This document shows positions 13,261 through 24,872 of a stretch of 64,000 nucleotides of DNA, piece by piece. Under the pieces are notes generated by a model. It searched no databases. It was not told the DNA's origin and saw nothing but the letters and a program-made list of their open reading frames with translations. This DNA comes from Felis catus (lineage: Eukaryota): contig NC_058368.1 of NCBI RefSeq assembly GCF_018350175.1, positions 186,994,001-187,058,000 on the forward strand. The letters are read 5' to 3'. Every line of letters begins with the position of its first letter. The stretch's first letter is position 1. A program made the translations under genes and the position numbers.

Positions 13261-14807
13261 TAAATATAAAAGCACATTCCTTCTTCAGGGTAGACAAAAG
13301 CTGCTCCCAGATGACTTCACCAAAGCTCTTGGAAGACCAATGATAGTGAAATTTTCTTTGTCCCTGTTTTTTTCTTTCTCTTTGTGGTGGCCTCCAGCCC
13401 CAAACTGAACTACAGAGTTTGCATAGTGTGTGCATACTGGTTTAACTGGTGATCCTCTAAACTATATTTTGGAGGATGTGTATCAGAGTACGTCAAGGAA
13501 GAACAGGGGTGTTGGTGTAGCTACGTAGAGGTTGAGTTTTGACTGATCTTTTCACCTTCCTACACCTCAATTTTGTTTATTTTTAGAGCACATTTAACCA
13601 CATTGTCCCTACTTGGCTTATACAAAGAGGATGAGGAGACATGATATAATAGATGATTTAGAGGCATAGTATTTTCAACAGGTAGAACTATATTCTTAGT
13701 GAACTGTAAGTATTAAATAACCAGGAAGAAAGAAAGGTTGACTGCATTTGAAAGAAGAGATACAGTTTTGCTATCTTCAAGCACAAGTGGTTGGTTATAA
13801 CAAGTGGAGAAAACTCTATTCTTAATAGTATGTTACAGAATTTCTCTTAGGAAAAAAGCACATTTCTTGGAAGAGTCTCCTTAGTGCCTCTCTTGAGGTC
13901 GTTGAGTGGCTGTGGGAATTGCATTTCAGCCTACAAGGAGCCTTCAGAGAAGGGCAGAGCCTCCTGCTAGTGACATGAAGGGGAATTTGTTCCGAACAGG
14001 GTAAAAGGGAATAGGGAGAAGCATAGGAAGGGAGAGAAGGGGAGGGCAAAGATGGCAGAAAACTTTGCAGGACACATGTACGCTCTCCCTGTGACACTTC
14101 AAATTTTCAGTAAAGTGATCTGACTTACAAAAAGGAAGTAGCTTTATTTCCCTGGAAACAAGAAAATGGGACAACACCACCAGAGCTGCAGGAGCAAGAG
14201 ATAAGTCTGCAAGAGGAAGCCAGCCCTTGGAACTCCTGGAAGTCTAAGTGATAATTCAGCCTTCCCAGAGTCGTGGAAGCAGCCATTCAATGAAGGTTGT
14301 TCATTCTCCAAAACCAAGGATGTCACTACTATAAACTTGGTTATAAGGGAAAGCAAACAAAGGTTATTACAGAGTATGTTTAGATGGACTGGCATCTTGT
14401 CAATAAGCACATTTTGGAAATCTGCCAACTTATTTTAGACTAGTTTTCTTACTCAGACTACACTTAGGTTATCCTATTCACATCATCATTTTCTTTGGCA
14501 AACTTTCCAGAGTTTGGAAGGTTGCCTATATCCCAGTTCCTTCTCCAAATCACATAATTCCATTACACATGAAATTAGAAGTGTCTGTGTTTATGCTATA
14601 AGAGCCGTCAGAGGATAAGGCAGCAGAGCCTTAGCTAGGGAGGGGCCAGCAATTATATTTGATTTCTGATATTCACTATCAGAAATGTGTGTAAGAAAAG
14701 GGACTTCATGATTCCTACTTGGTAAGGGGACATTCAGAGGAGGAAGACATGTCTAATACCATACTTTTCAGATTTTATTTTCCAATATTGTAAAATATTT
14801 AAGAACA

Positions 14808-15040
14808 CTGGCTATAAAAACTAACTTCATAGGGTCAAATCTTTATTCTACCACTTGCTACTGTGTGACCTTTTGCTAATCTCTTAACCTCTCTGACCTT
14901 CAGTTTGATCATCCATAAAATGGCCATACTTACCTCGTAGAGGCACTGGGAGGTTCAGTGTATATAAGTCCTTAGCACAGTGCCTGGCACTGCATAAACA
15001 CGTAGTAACTGGTATCTATCTGTATTTCTATGATTGTTAG
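14808..15040 (+). mobile_element. MIR SINE
   Basis: 'ccacttgctactgtgtgacctt...cttaacctctctgaccttcagttt...cttagcacagtgcctggcac'. Confidence 0.85.
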
Positions 15041-16789
15041 TATCTTTAATATTGGGGCTCTTTGTCACTACTACTCACAGTTGGAATTGGATTTTAAAAA
15101 TCTATTAATAACACACTTCTTACAAAACTAGTCTAAGTCAAACTTTAAAGAAGGTGAGATTATGTTCACAGTTATGTATTTGGCATTTTTTATCCTTGTT
15201 TTTATTGGTTCTTCCTAGTCAAAACAGCGTTGTCAAAACTTGTCTGTCCTGTTGTCACATTCCTCTGCTGAAGGAAAAACAGCAATCCTTTTCAGCTGAA
15301 GTTGTTAATTGCTGACAATGACATATGTATAGAATAACTTAGATGTAATCTTCATTCTTAATTCAAAGGTATGGGTTAAAGTAGACAGATGGCATGATCA
15401 TAGATACTATCCCATGCCAGACATGGAGCAAATTCATCTCATCCCTAGTTCCACTCCTACTTAGTTGTATGGCCTTGAGAAGGTCACAATATCACTGATA
15501 CTCACTTTGCTCATTAGCAATATATTAAGCAGCATTGACGAGGTCCACTTTTGTTTTAAAATGTGTATAATCCATATTACACTTAGTAAAATTATAGAAG
15601 GTGTTCTCAATTTGGATCTGCAATTAGAATGTATGGGGGGAAAACAGGGCTTAACCTAATAAATACAGGGTTTTGAGCCCAATTATTCCCCTACATTTTT
15701 ATTATGACTAAATTCCTGACTTTATTCTTGACTAAACTCTGTTTCTTCATTACCTAAAAAAATAAAATGATTAAGTTAGAGCTATATCCCCCAAAGCATT
15801 CCATAGGTGTGCAAGACAATGGGTTATACAAATAGATTCTCTTCCTGTAGCAATTCCCAGAGAATGCTAATGTGCACTGTGGCGATTTCAGGGAAGTATT
15901 CTTTGCAGCCTTTCTAAAACTTCTTTGATGAAAGAGCCATTTTTTTTTTTCCTACAGTGGCTCTTATTCATGAAACAACCTTTGAAGAACATGGAGCCAG
16001 GTAGATGTAGGTTCTGTGAATTTGGGGTGAGGAGAGCAGTGAAGGTGAGGAAGATTTCAAACCACAGAATTAATTAATCCAGCATCATTGAATGTCGCAT
16101 TAGAGTAATAACGGTCCCCAAAAGTTAATGCTGCCTTCGCCTGAGCCCAAATCCATGTGCCCAGAGGAGCTTGGGCTCTGAAGGCACAATTCCTCCTGGG
16201 TTTGTTTTTGTTTTTGTTTTTGTGTGGTTTTTTGAAGGCTTCAAGATTGAAAGATAGGAAAAAATTCTGTGACATTGTAAAGTAGTATAACCCTCTGTTC
16301 AGTAGGATCTTTTGTAGTTCAGTAAAAACAATCTGGAAAATAGAAAATTTAAAGAAGTTATTTTATTTTATTTTATTTCATTTTATTTTATTTTGGCAGA
16401 ACTGGACAAGAGAATTGAGGGCTTGTCACCTGTCTAATGTTGATAATTATCTGTGAAGACCTCTCTTGCTCTCCCAGATGAGTTCCTCTAGGTTTCAAAG
16501 AAACTGATTCCACAATAATACCTTGAATGGATAGAAAAGAGGTTGTCAGCCACTGAAGTTGTTTGGCTTGAAATAAAAGATTCTGAGACTCAGTATGAGA
16601 AAAAATGCCTTTCACAGACCCTCTAGAACAATAAAAGTCAGTATAGTCCAAAATCACAATAAAATTTCATATAAAGTTATCTTATGAACGAATCAGTGGT
16701 TAAATTTTGTCTTTATTACAAAGTCAGCAATGAGGGTATTAGGAAACTTATAATTTAAATACATTATTAAAAGAAATAGAATTATAAGT

Positions 16790-16925
16790 ATTAGAAGTAA
16801 AGAGATCTTAGAAGACTGTCTATTTGTTTTTGCTTTCTCATTTCAAAAAAGAAATTAGCCCAGAGAGGGAAAGTGACTTCACAAAGCCATACAATAAATT
16901 AGCATCAAAGCCCACGTTAGAAATC
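16790..16925 (-). mobile_element. MIR fragment
   Basis: 'gcccagagagggaaagtgacttcacaaagccatacaa'. Confidence 0.65.
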
Positions 16926-16943
16926 TTTTTGTTTTGCTTTGCC

Positions 16944-17166
16944 TTTTTTTTTTCATTGAAGTATAGTTTACATACAATGTTATATTAGTTTCACTTGTAC
17001 AACAGTGAATTGACAATTCTATAATTTTATACATTATGCAATGCTCACCAAGATAAGTGTAGTCTGTCACCATGCAACATAACAATACTATTAACTATAT
17101 TCTCCATCTCTGTCACATTTATTTTATAACTAGAAGTTTGTACCTCTTAATCCCCTTCACCTCTTT
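16944..17166 (-). mobile_element. 5'-truncated carnivore L1 3' end (L1_Carn-type)
   Basis: Poly-T, then 'attgaagtatagtttacatacaatgttatattagtttca...tttgtacctcttaatccccttcacc'. Confidence 0.85.
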
Positions 17167-17341
17167 AGACATTTTGTCTCTTTTCAGATTAAGCTAGACT
17201 TGGTAAGCATGCACGTGGATATTTTATCTTTAAAAATATGACAAGCTTTTGTTTTAGAATCCTCACTATAATTACTCACGGAAAATTGTCTTTTAAATTT
17301 TCAAGGAACTTACTACTATCCCTTTAAGAATAATAGGTTGA

Positions 17342-17569
17342 GGGGCGCCTGGGTGGCGCAGTCGGTTAAGCATCCGACTTCAGCCAGGTCACGATTTCGC
17401 GGTCTGTGAGTTCGAGCCCCGCGTCAGGCTCTGGGCTGATGGCTCGGAGCCTGGAGCCTTTTTCCGATTCTGTGTCTCCCTCTCTCTCTGCCCCTACCCC
17501 GTTCATGCTCTGTCTCTCTCTGTCCCAAAAATAAATAAAAACGTTAAAAAAAAATTAAAAAAAAAAAAA
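17342..17569 (+). mobile_element. Young felid CAN-SINE (SINEC_Fc-type)
   Basis: Near-consensus CpG-rich head GGGGCGCCTGGGTGGCGCAGTCGG; long poly-A; perfect TSD aagaataataggttga. Confidence 0.97.
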
Positions 17570-18229
17570 AAGAATAATAGGTTGAGCAATTACCACTAAT
17601 AAGCACAATAGCAATGCTACTTTAATAAAATGCCACCTGGTGGAAGCTTGGAGGCAAAACACACTTCTTTCATGTATTCCTCTCCAAGAGAATTACCTTA
17701 GGCTCACATTTTAATCAATATCATTACCTCCGTGAGTGCTACACGATTAAAAATAACACTGACAATTGTCCTACCTCCAGAGCACAGCAAGGAAGATGAG
17801 ATTGTGCAAAACTAAGTTAGTTCATAAAAAAATATATATACGTGGGGTCAAATTGAAAACCATAGAGCTAAGGGGACCCAAATCTTCACTCTCATTTTAC
17901 TATAATGTAAAACAAAAGAAGAATTATAAGGAAGTTTGCTTTGCTACTCCTTTTTATAGTCTGGGGCAATCTAAGTCTACATGGAAAGTGGAGGTTAGAA
18001 AGGGGAGACATTTTATCACGAACAACCTACCAGAAAAAAACTTTCTGGAATCGGAAAACCTCAGGACCAGGAAACACCTAAAATGTCATCTGGTCTAGTT
18101 CTCTGACTATGGTGAGGTCCTCATGGATCCAGTTTTAAAAACTCCACCCAGAAAGTAATGTAGACAGCCATCATGGAAGAATGAATGAATCAAACTTGGA
18201 AATTCCACGTGGAAAACAAGAACATGGAT

Positions 18230-18365
18230 GGACACCAGGCAGGCTGATTTCAATTTAGTAGGAGGAAGAACTCTCAAAATGGGAAGTGATCAACATGGAA
18301 TACTGGAAGACAGGATAAACATAAGCTAGGACTGGTCCCACTGGTTGTTGAGCTTAAAGAGACTT
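18230..18365 (+). mobile_element. L3/CR1 3' fragment
   Basis: 'ggctgatttcaatttagtaggaggaagaactctc...caacatggaatactgg' resembles the L3 3' end. Confidence 0.45.
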
Positions 18366-18441
18366 AATATTAAATATATGGAGCCCTAATATTTAAGAGA
18401 AATTGGAGTGAACTGTATTGAATGGTGGAGGTTTTGGAATC

Positions 18442-18847
18442 TGTGTTAGGTTGGTTCCCCTGGGAAACAGATAGGGAGACTTGGCTGCAAGATGTTGATT
18501 GAGAAGTGCCCTCAGGATCAATACCTGCAGGCAAGTGAGAGAAGACTGGCTGGCAAAGGGAGGTAATGAGCAATAATGCTCTAGCAAGAAAGGCCTCCTC
18601 AGATCCCATGGGAGGTCTGGAATTAGATGGTTTTGCAGAGTTGTCCTGCCCTAAGGCAAGGGCTTGTCTATACCTGCTAACCAGTCCTGGCTTTGGGCTG
18701 CCCCAGGGGAGGATGTGTGATGTTGAGTTAGATGCTCTCTTTGAGAATAATTCCCAGAGAGGAACTCACTGAGAGTACTCAGCAGTATGTACAGGAGTCC
18801 CACAGCTCTGAGAAGGCTGTGGACAGCACAAGACAGCCTGTAGTACA
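18442..18847 (-). mobile_element. ERVL solo LTR, LTR16C-like
   Basis: 'tgtgttaggttggttcccctgggaaacaga...tgcaagatgttgattgagaagtgccctcaggatcaatacctg' is the antisense LTR16 3' end. Confidence 0.75.
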
Positions 18848-19044
18848 GCCTTCTCTCCCTGTCTTTCCAGAACCCAACCAGCAAGTTACTCTTGTCATCC
18901 TCCAAGGCCAAATAACCCATACCTGGAGTTTGCTTGCAGAAGAGTGTTACTTAAGTCTCTTTGTTTTCTATCTACATGCTTTAGAATACTCTCACGGTGA
19001 TTTGCTTTAGAAATATAATTTGTCCTTTTCTGATATTCATCTTA

Positions 19045-19215
19045 GAAATCAGGCCTCACTTTGAGTTTTAACCTCCTTGTGCCTCATTTCTTAATCTATA
19101 AAATGGGTATAATAATAGTATCTTCTCTCATGAGTACTATAGGGATTAAATAAAGTAATAACTGTGAGCTAGCATAATATCTAATTCACATTAAACATTT
19201 AATGTGCTATTATTA
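19045..19215 (+). mobile_element. MIR SINE
   Basis: 'aacctccttgtgcctcatttcttaatctataaaatgggtataataatagta'. Confidence 0.8.
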
Positions 19216-19247
19216 CCAAAAAAGAAAGAAAAAGGAGAGTATGGATA

Positions 19248-19250
<3 letters not shown>

Positions 19251-19297
<47 letters not shown>

Positions 19298-19340
19298 TGT
19301 ATTTGTATATATATTCATGTATATTATACACACATACACA
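19251..19340. repeat. (TA)n microsatellite with a degenerate TA/CA extension
   Basis: Directly visible. Confidence 0.95.
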
Positions 19341-19384
19341 TTCAGGTTCTAATCTCGAATGTTCTTGCCTAGTCCAATAGCTTT

Positions 19385-19709
19385 GAAAGTTTACCCAAGA
19401 CCCTCTTTGGAGGTCTATGAGATCAAAATTATTTTTATAGTAGTACTAAAACATCATTGCCTTTTTTACTTTCACTTGTTTTTGAGAGTAAAATGGAGTT
19501 TTCCAGAGGCTACGTGACATAGATTGATATTCTCTCTGATGTTAACATGTTATTATTGCTATTTTTTTAATTTACAAAATTTAACTTCTAATTTCTAATC
19601 AGGATAACTATTGATAGCCATAATGCACATAAACAAAATATTTTTAGGGTCCTCAGTAATTTCTATAAGTGCAAAGGAGTCCTGAGATTAAAATGTTTGA
19701 GAACCATTG
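19385..19709. mobile_element. hAT-Charlie (Charlie1-like) internally deleted DNA transposon
   Basis: 'ggagttttccagaggctacgtgacat' and terminus 'ggagtcctgagattaaaatgtttgagaaccattg'. Confidence 0.7.
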
Positions 19710-20439
19710 ACCTGAACAAATTTAGTCCCCTCTTTCTAAATCTCTGCCTACCCCCATTCCAACCATAGGCCTGCCTGATGGCCTTCCCTGACTTCTACTT
19801 CAAGGCTGCTCTCTGTTTTAAATTAAGATCTACTCAGGCTATGATCTTGAGATGGGGATGTGGGATCAGATCAGAGACTTTGCTTTGTCCCTCCGGGAGG
19901 TCAGATGGAAGGTTCCTGAATATCAAATGTACCAGAGAACAGGATGCTGAAGTTAGAACTTGCACAGAAGATACTGAGTAACACCAAATGGGTCACTAAG
20001 TGATGGATGTCCTGCTGCTCACTGGCTGACTGTATTTTAGGAGGACAGGCATGTGCAGAACAATGTGGATTCTATCATTAAGTAAATTATCAGGTAACGG
20101 TTTCTCTAATGATTACCATAGAGATGATTCATTCATGTCAGTCTGACAGTGGAAAAGAAAATTGCAGCAATGCAGTTTGAAACTGTCAGAATTTAGGAAA
20201 AGAATGACTCTTAGAACATTTGCACAGACCTTAGTTTCTTATCTTCCCCCCTCCCCCTGCCCTTGATTATTGTGAGCTATCAATATGAGGAAAGGGATAC
20301 AATCAGAAGGAACAGAGACACTGTGTACTGAAAGGGAGAATTTCATGTGAAAGGGAAAACAAAAACTAAGAAAGATCATCATAGTTCTATTTAACTCTGC
20401 TTCCTGCAACAGCTCGGTGCTTCCCTCAGTTTTCCTCTC

Positions 20440-20590
20440 ATCAGCCCCTTAAGGTAGAGATGGCCGCCCACATTCTACAGATAAGGAACCTGAGGAAGAG
20501 AGAGGCTTAAATAACTTGCTGGAGGCCACACTTCAATTAGGTGACAGAACTGGGTTACTCACCGAGTCTTTCTACAGCAAAACATGATGC
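20440..20590 (-). mobile_element. MIR SINE
   Basis: 'cattctacagataaggaacctgagg...aataacttgctggaggccacac'. Confidence 0.7.
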
Positions 20591-20834
20591 TTTGCCTTTT
20601 GTGTGCCAGATAGATCCTGTTTTAAATTTCAGTTAATGTTTATTAATCGCCTAAATAGGCATTGAGTTAGAATTAGTGGGGGCCTCCACCCCCCCCCCAC
20701 CCCGACCTCAAAGGAGCCTCAGGACAGGCTGAGATCAAAGTAGCTCCATGAGTGAGGAAATAGTTGCAGAGTTGTGAAGAGACCCAGAGGGCAACAAAAA
20801 GGAAAAACCTATCCTCAGCACTATTGGATGCCAT

Positions 20835-21030
20835 TCTCATGGCATTTCACAAGCAACCTCTTTCATCTTATGGCTCTCTGGAGAAAGTATAATTATTGTC
20901 TCTATTTCATAGCCAAGTAAACAGAGACCCAAAGTGGTGAAACAATTTGTCCAAAGTACACAATTAGTTCATTCTAGTGTTGTGATTGAAATCCAAGGCT
21001 ATGCGATTTATAAAGCCTAAGGCTTCTCTG
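20835..21030 (-). mobile_element. MIR SINE
   Basis: 'aattattgtctctatttcatag...agacccaaagtggtgaaacaatttgtccaaagtacacaattag'. Confidence 0.7.
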
Positions 21031-21488
21031 TGGACCACTGCCTAGGCAGGGAGCCCTCCTAGCCATCAGGAATGGGAAAAGTCCTTGCATGAGAGTATAT
21101 GCAACAGGCTAGGATGTCTTTGTCCATTTCTTGTTCAGAATTACTGCCTCTCTCTAGAAAATGTGGCTTAATGGTGTTGTGGGTCAGACAAGAGTCTTCA
21201 AAAACTAGTATTAATTCTTTGCTTGCACAGGGGCACTCTGGACAGGGTTGTGGGTATTAAACAATATTATCATTTACACAATAGCACTTTTGTGCTTTTA
21301 TTATTATACAATATGCAAATGTTACTTCTTCAATTAAAAGAAAAGCCAGTTACATAGGGATGAGTGATAAAGGAAAGGGAAGGAGGAAGGGGCTTTTAAG
21401 ATGGAATTAAAGGATGCATAGGATTTTGAAAGATAGGTAAGGAGAGACGGCATTCTAAAAAATCACTTGAACAAAGTCTGTGAGACAG

Positions 21489-21858
21489 TGTTATGAGCTG
21501 AGCTGTGTCCCCAAAATTCCTATGTTGAAGTCTTAACCCCCAGTACCTTGGAATGTTACTGTATTTAGGGATAGGGACTTTAAAGAGAGGATTAAGTTAA
21601 AATGAGGTCATTAAGGTAGGACCCTGATCAGATATGAGTGGTGTCCTTACAGAAAGAAGAGGCACCAGTGGAAAGTCCATGTGAGGGCCCAGTGAAAAGG
21701 TGAGCATCTGCAAGCCAAGGAAACAGGCCTCAGGAGAAACCAAACTTGCCAGAATCTTGATCTTGGACTTGTGGACTTAAGAACTGTGAGAGAAAAAATT
21801 CTGTTGATAAAGCCACCCAGTCTGTGGTGTTTTCTTATGGCAGCCTGAGCAAAGTACA
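21489..21858 (+). mobile_element. MaLR solo LTR (MLT1B-like)
   Basis: TG...CA ends; 'tgttatgagctgagctgtgtccccaaaattcctatgttgaagtc', 'gaactgtgagagaaaaaattctgttgataaagccacccagtctgtggtg...ggcagcc'. Confidence 0.9.
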
Positions 21859-23043
21859 AAGTCTTTGTGAGGAAGAGACCAAAGTGGCCTCCTCCATAAA
21901 AGATCAGGAGTGATTGTAGAGAGATAAAGTAGAAAAGACATATTATGGAGAACCATGTGTATATTAAAATCAAATTTTCAAACCAACTATGAAGAGTAAA
22001 GAAGAACAAGGAAAAAGGAGATTTTTTGTCTGTAGTTCTCCATATCTCAGAAATACTTGTAGTAGAAGAGTCTGCTGAGAATTTACTTCGCTGGCCACTT
22101 GTAAAATTACTTTGTCCAACCATGTTTATGATTTTCCATTCTCTAATTGGTGCCTTTCTAGTTCATTTCTTTTCATTTCTTATCGATGCCATCCTCTACC
22201 TTATTTTTATATCCTAGTTTTGTTCTAAACCTTAGTTTTTAAGGATTATGCAGTGACAAAAATATTCTGACCTGAAACTTTGCAAAATAGAGTGTCAGAG
22301 GAGGCTTTCAGGGTGACTTGTCTAGCCCCCTTTATTCGCAATAAACAGAGTGAGGCCTGGAGAGGGAAGGGACCTCCCAAGATCACACATGCACACCTCA
22401 GTCCAATGCCCACCTTCCCAGTCTATTGTGCCTGGCCCACCACTTGTTTACTTGCTCGCCTGGGCCCAGTTTTTGCTGAGGTCAAAGTGGCTCCCCAACC
22501 AGATCATCTTTTCTCTACACAGAATACCATTCTCCTGCATGCAATTAACAGGAGAGATTGCACACAGAGGTTGGCGGCTAACATGATGTCACATACCCAA
22601 CGTTGGCCAGAACTGGTCCCAGCTCCTCATTTCCCCACAGTCCCCTGACACCTCCATTTTCTCCATCCTGCAAGTGATTCAGCATGAAAGTTTAGAAGGA
22701 AAGCAGAAACAATCAATGTCCCATCACTATACCCGTTTCTAGTCCCACACTGGCCAAATTTCATCCAGGAGCCACTGTGAGCAAATGCAATGGTCCCTCT
22801 GCTCTACTCTGAGAAGCTCTTCCTACCTGCCACTACACTAGAGCCAGAGTCTGGGGAATTGATAATCTAGAATTCCATCTCCTGCAAATTGTCTTTGAGG
22901 TCCTTAAATTTCAAACGGCAAGCTACTAACTTATTTATCAGGCAGCTTTTCCTACTTTTAGTCAATTGTTTTAAAGCTGTATTTTTTTAAACATAGACAT
23001 TATAACTCAGGGACCCAGTTGGTGCTGTCTCAGAGGGAGTTTA

Positions 23044-23259
23044 AAAAATTTTTTTTCAACGTTTATTTATTTTTGGGACAGAGAGAGACAGAGCATGAAC
23101 GGGGGAGGGGCAGAGAGAGAGGGAGACACAGAATCGGAAACAGGTTCCAGGCTCTGAGCCATCAGCCCAGAGCCTGACGCGGGGCTCGAACTCACGGACC
23201 ACGAGATCGTGACCTGGCTGAAGTCGGACGCTTAACCGACTGCGCCACCCAGGCACCCC
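23044..23259 (-). mobile_element. Young felid CAN-SINE (SINEC_Fc-type)
   Basis: Near-consensus; perfect TSD tcagagggagttta (23030-23043 / 23260-23273). Confidence 0.97.
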
Positions 23260-23839
23260 TCAGAGGGAGTTTATATTCAAAAAGTATAGTCAATATCCAA
23301 AAATAATGAGAAAGGAATTCTAGTCTTCACTCAGCTGCACAAACACATCACAAAATACTTCCTTCTCCCATCCTTCTTTCTATGTGACGATTCTATCACA
23401 TCATCCCCCCTCCCAAAATTCCTCCTCTGCTCCCCCTAAGGCTCCTCTCCTTCTTCCTTCCATTGCCCTCTCTCTCCCAGCCCTTTATTAACAGAATGAT
23501 TTAGCGTCTCTCTCAGCAAAAAAAATTATTCCTTTCACAAGAGGAAGAAATTGATCTGGTAATTTGGGTATTAACTTCTGTGGGTTGTAGAAGTCTAAGT
23601 CAATGTCTGCTAATTCCTACCTACTGGTCCTGGTGAAGTGACTTGACCTCAGAGCCACTCTTCCACATGACAGTGCTTTAAATATTTGACAAAAGGTCCT
23701 TAAACCTATACCCACACTCTTTTCTGTTCTCCAAACCAAACACGGCTGCTAAGAAGTTTTTTCTTCTCTGGGCCTTCATATGGGACATGTGATATGAAAG
23801 TGCTACATAGATGGAGTTAAAAGAACAAATGTTGCCATT

Positions 23840-24387
23840 GTTGTTAACAAATATTAATTAAATATTCAAATATGAATTGAGCCAGCCATTGTTCTAGGTG
23901 CTGAGAATAAAATGCCAAACAAAACACCACCCTCCAGAAGTACACCTTCTTGTTGGGAGAATTTTAATTTGTTAATTTTCAAATTAATTAGTAAATAAAT
24001 TAATATGTAAGATATTATTTAGTGATAAAATGTTGAAGAAATTAAAATAAAGCATGGGATAGAGTTACTAGGCCTAGGGATGGAGTTACTTTAACTATAG
24101 TGTTCAGGGATGACCTATGGAGCATGTGATGTCAGAGGTGAGACCAGAATAATCTGAAGGTGGCAACCATATGACAAACTAGAAATCCTGCGCAAAGACC
24201 TTCAGATGGTAAAATGGCTTGGCATGTTCAAGGGAAAAGACCAGCATCCATGGGGTTGGAGTGCTACCGTGAAGGGATTGCAGTGACATATCACCTCATG
24301 GTTGAGAGGTCCAGGTCATAAGGAAGGGGAGAGCATTTTTCTCTTAGACAGATGAAATGTTATGTGAGGATTTGAGCCAAGGAATAA
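23840..24387 (-). mobile_element. L2 fragment (continues at ~30570-30725 beyond the SINE and L1 insertions)
   Basis: 'gccagccattgttctaggtgctgagaata', 'ggcttggcatgttcaaggg'; resumes as 'aaaagcctgcttggctgctgtgtgaaaa...gtagtctaggcaagagatga'. Confidence 0.8.
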
Positions 24388-24404
24388 TGACTTATTTTGT
24401 ATTT

Positions 24405-24620
24405 AATTTTTTTTTAATTTTATTTATTTTGATTCAGAGAGGGAGCATGCCCATGCATGCAAGGGAAGGTGCAAAGAGAGAGGGGGAGAGACAATCCCAA
24501 GCAGGTTTCATACTGTTGGCACAGAGCCAGAAGTGGGGATTGATTTCACCAACCATGAGATCATGACCTGAGCTGAAACCAAGAGTCAGACCTTTAATTG
24601 ACTGAGCCATCCAGGTGTCT
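24405..24620 (-). mobile_element. Older CAN-SINE
   Basis: 'catgagatcatgacctgagctgaaaccaagagtcagac...actgagccatccaggtg'; degenerate TSD tgacttattttgtattt / tgactggttttgttttt. Confidence 0.92.
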
Positions 24621-24872
24621 TGACTGGTTTTGTTTTTTGTTTTTTTTCAATATATGAAATTTATTGTCAAATTGGTTTCCATACCACACCCAGTGCTCAT
24701 CCCAAAATGTGCCCTCCTCAATACCCATCACCCACCCTTCCCTCCCTCCCACCCCCCATCAACCCTCAGTTTGTTCTCAGTTTTTAAGAGTCTATTATGC
24801 TTTGGCTCTCTTCCACTCTAACCTCTTTTTTTTTTTTTCCTTCCCCTCACCCATGGTCTTCTGTTAAGTTTC

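Noticed and set aside
14662..14686. Perfect 10-bp hairpin atttctgata-ttcac-tatcagaaat with inverted GATA cores
   Set aside because: About one such stem is expected by chance in 64 kb of AT-rich DNA; no supporting context
21647..22123. 158-aa minus-strand ORF
   Set aside because: Runs into the MLT1B LTR; F/L/S-rich composition typical of a chance antisense frame
23056..23256. Recurrent 'MPGWRSRLSVRLQPGHD' / 'FIYFWDRERQSMNGGGAEREG' / 'MAQSVKRPTSAQV' ORFs
   Set aside because: Translations of CAN-SINE sequence, recurring at every copy
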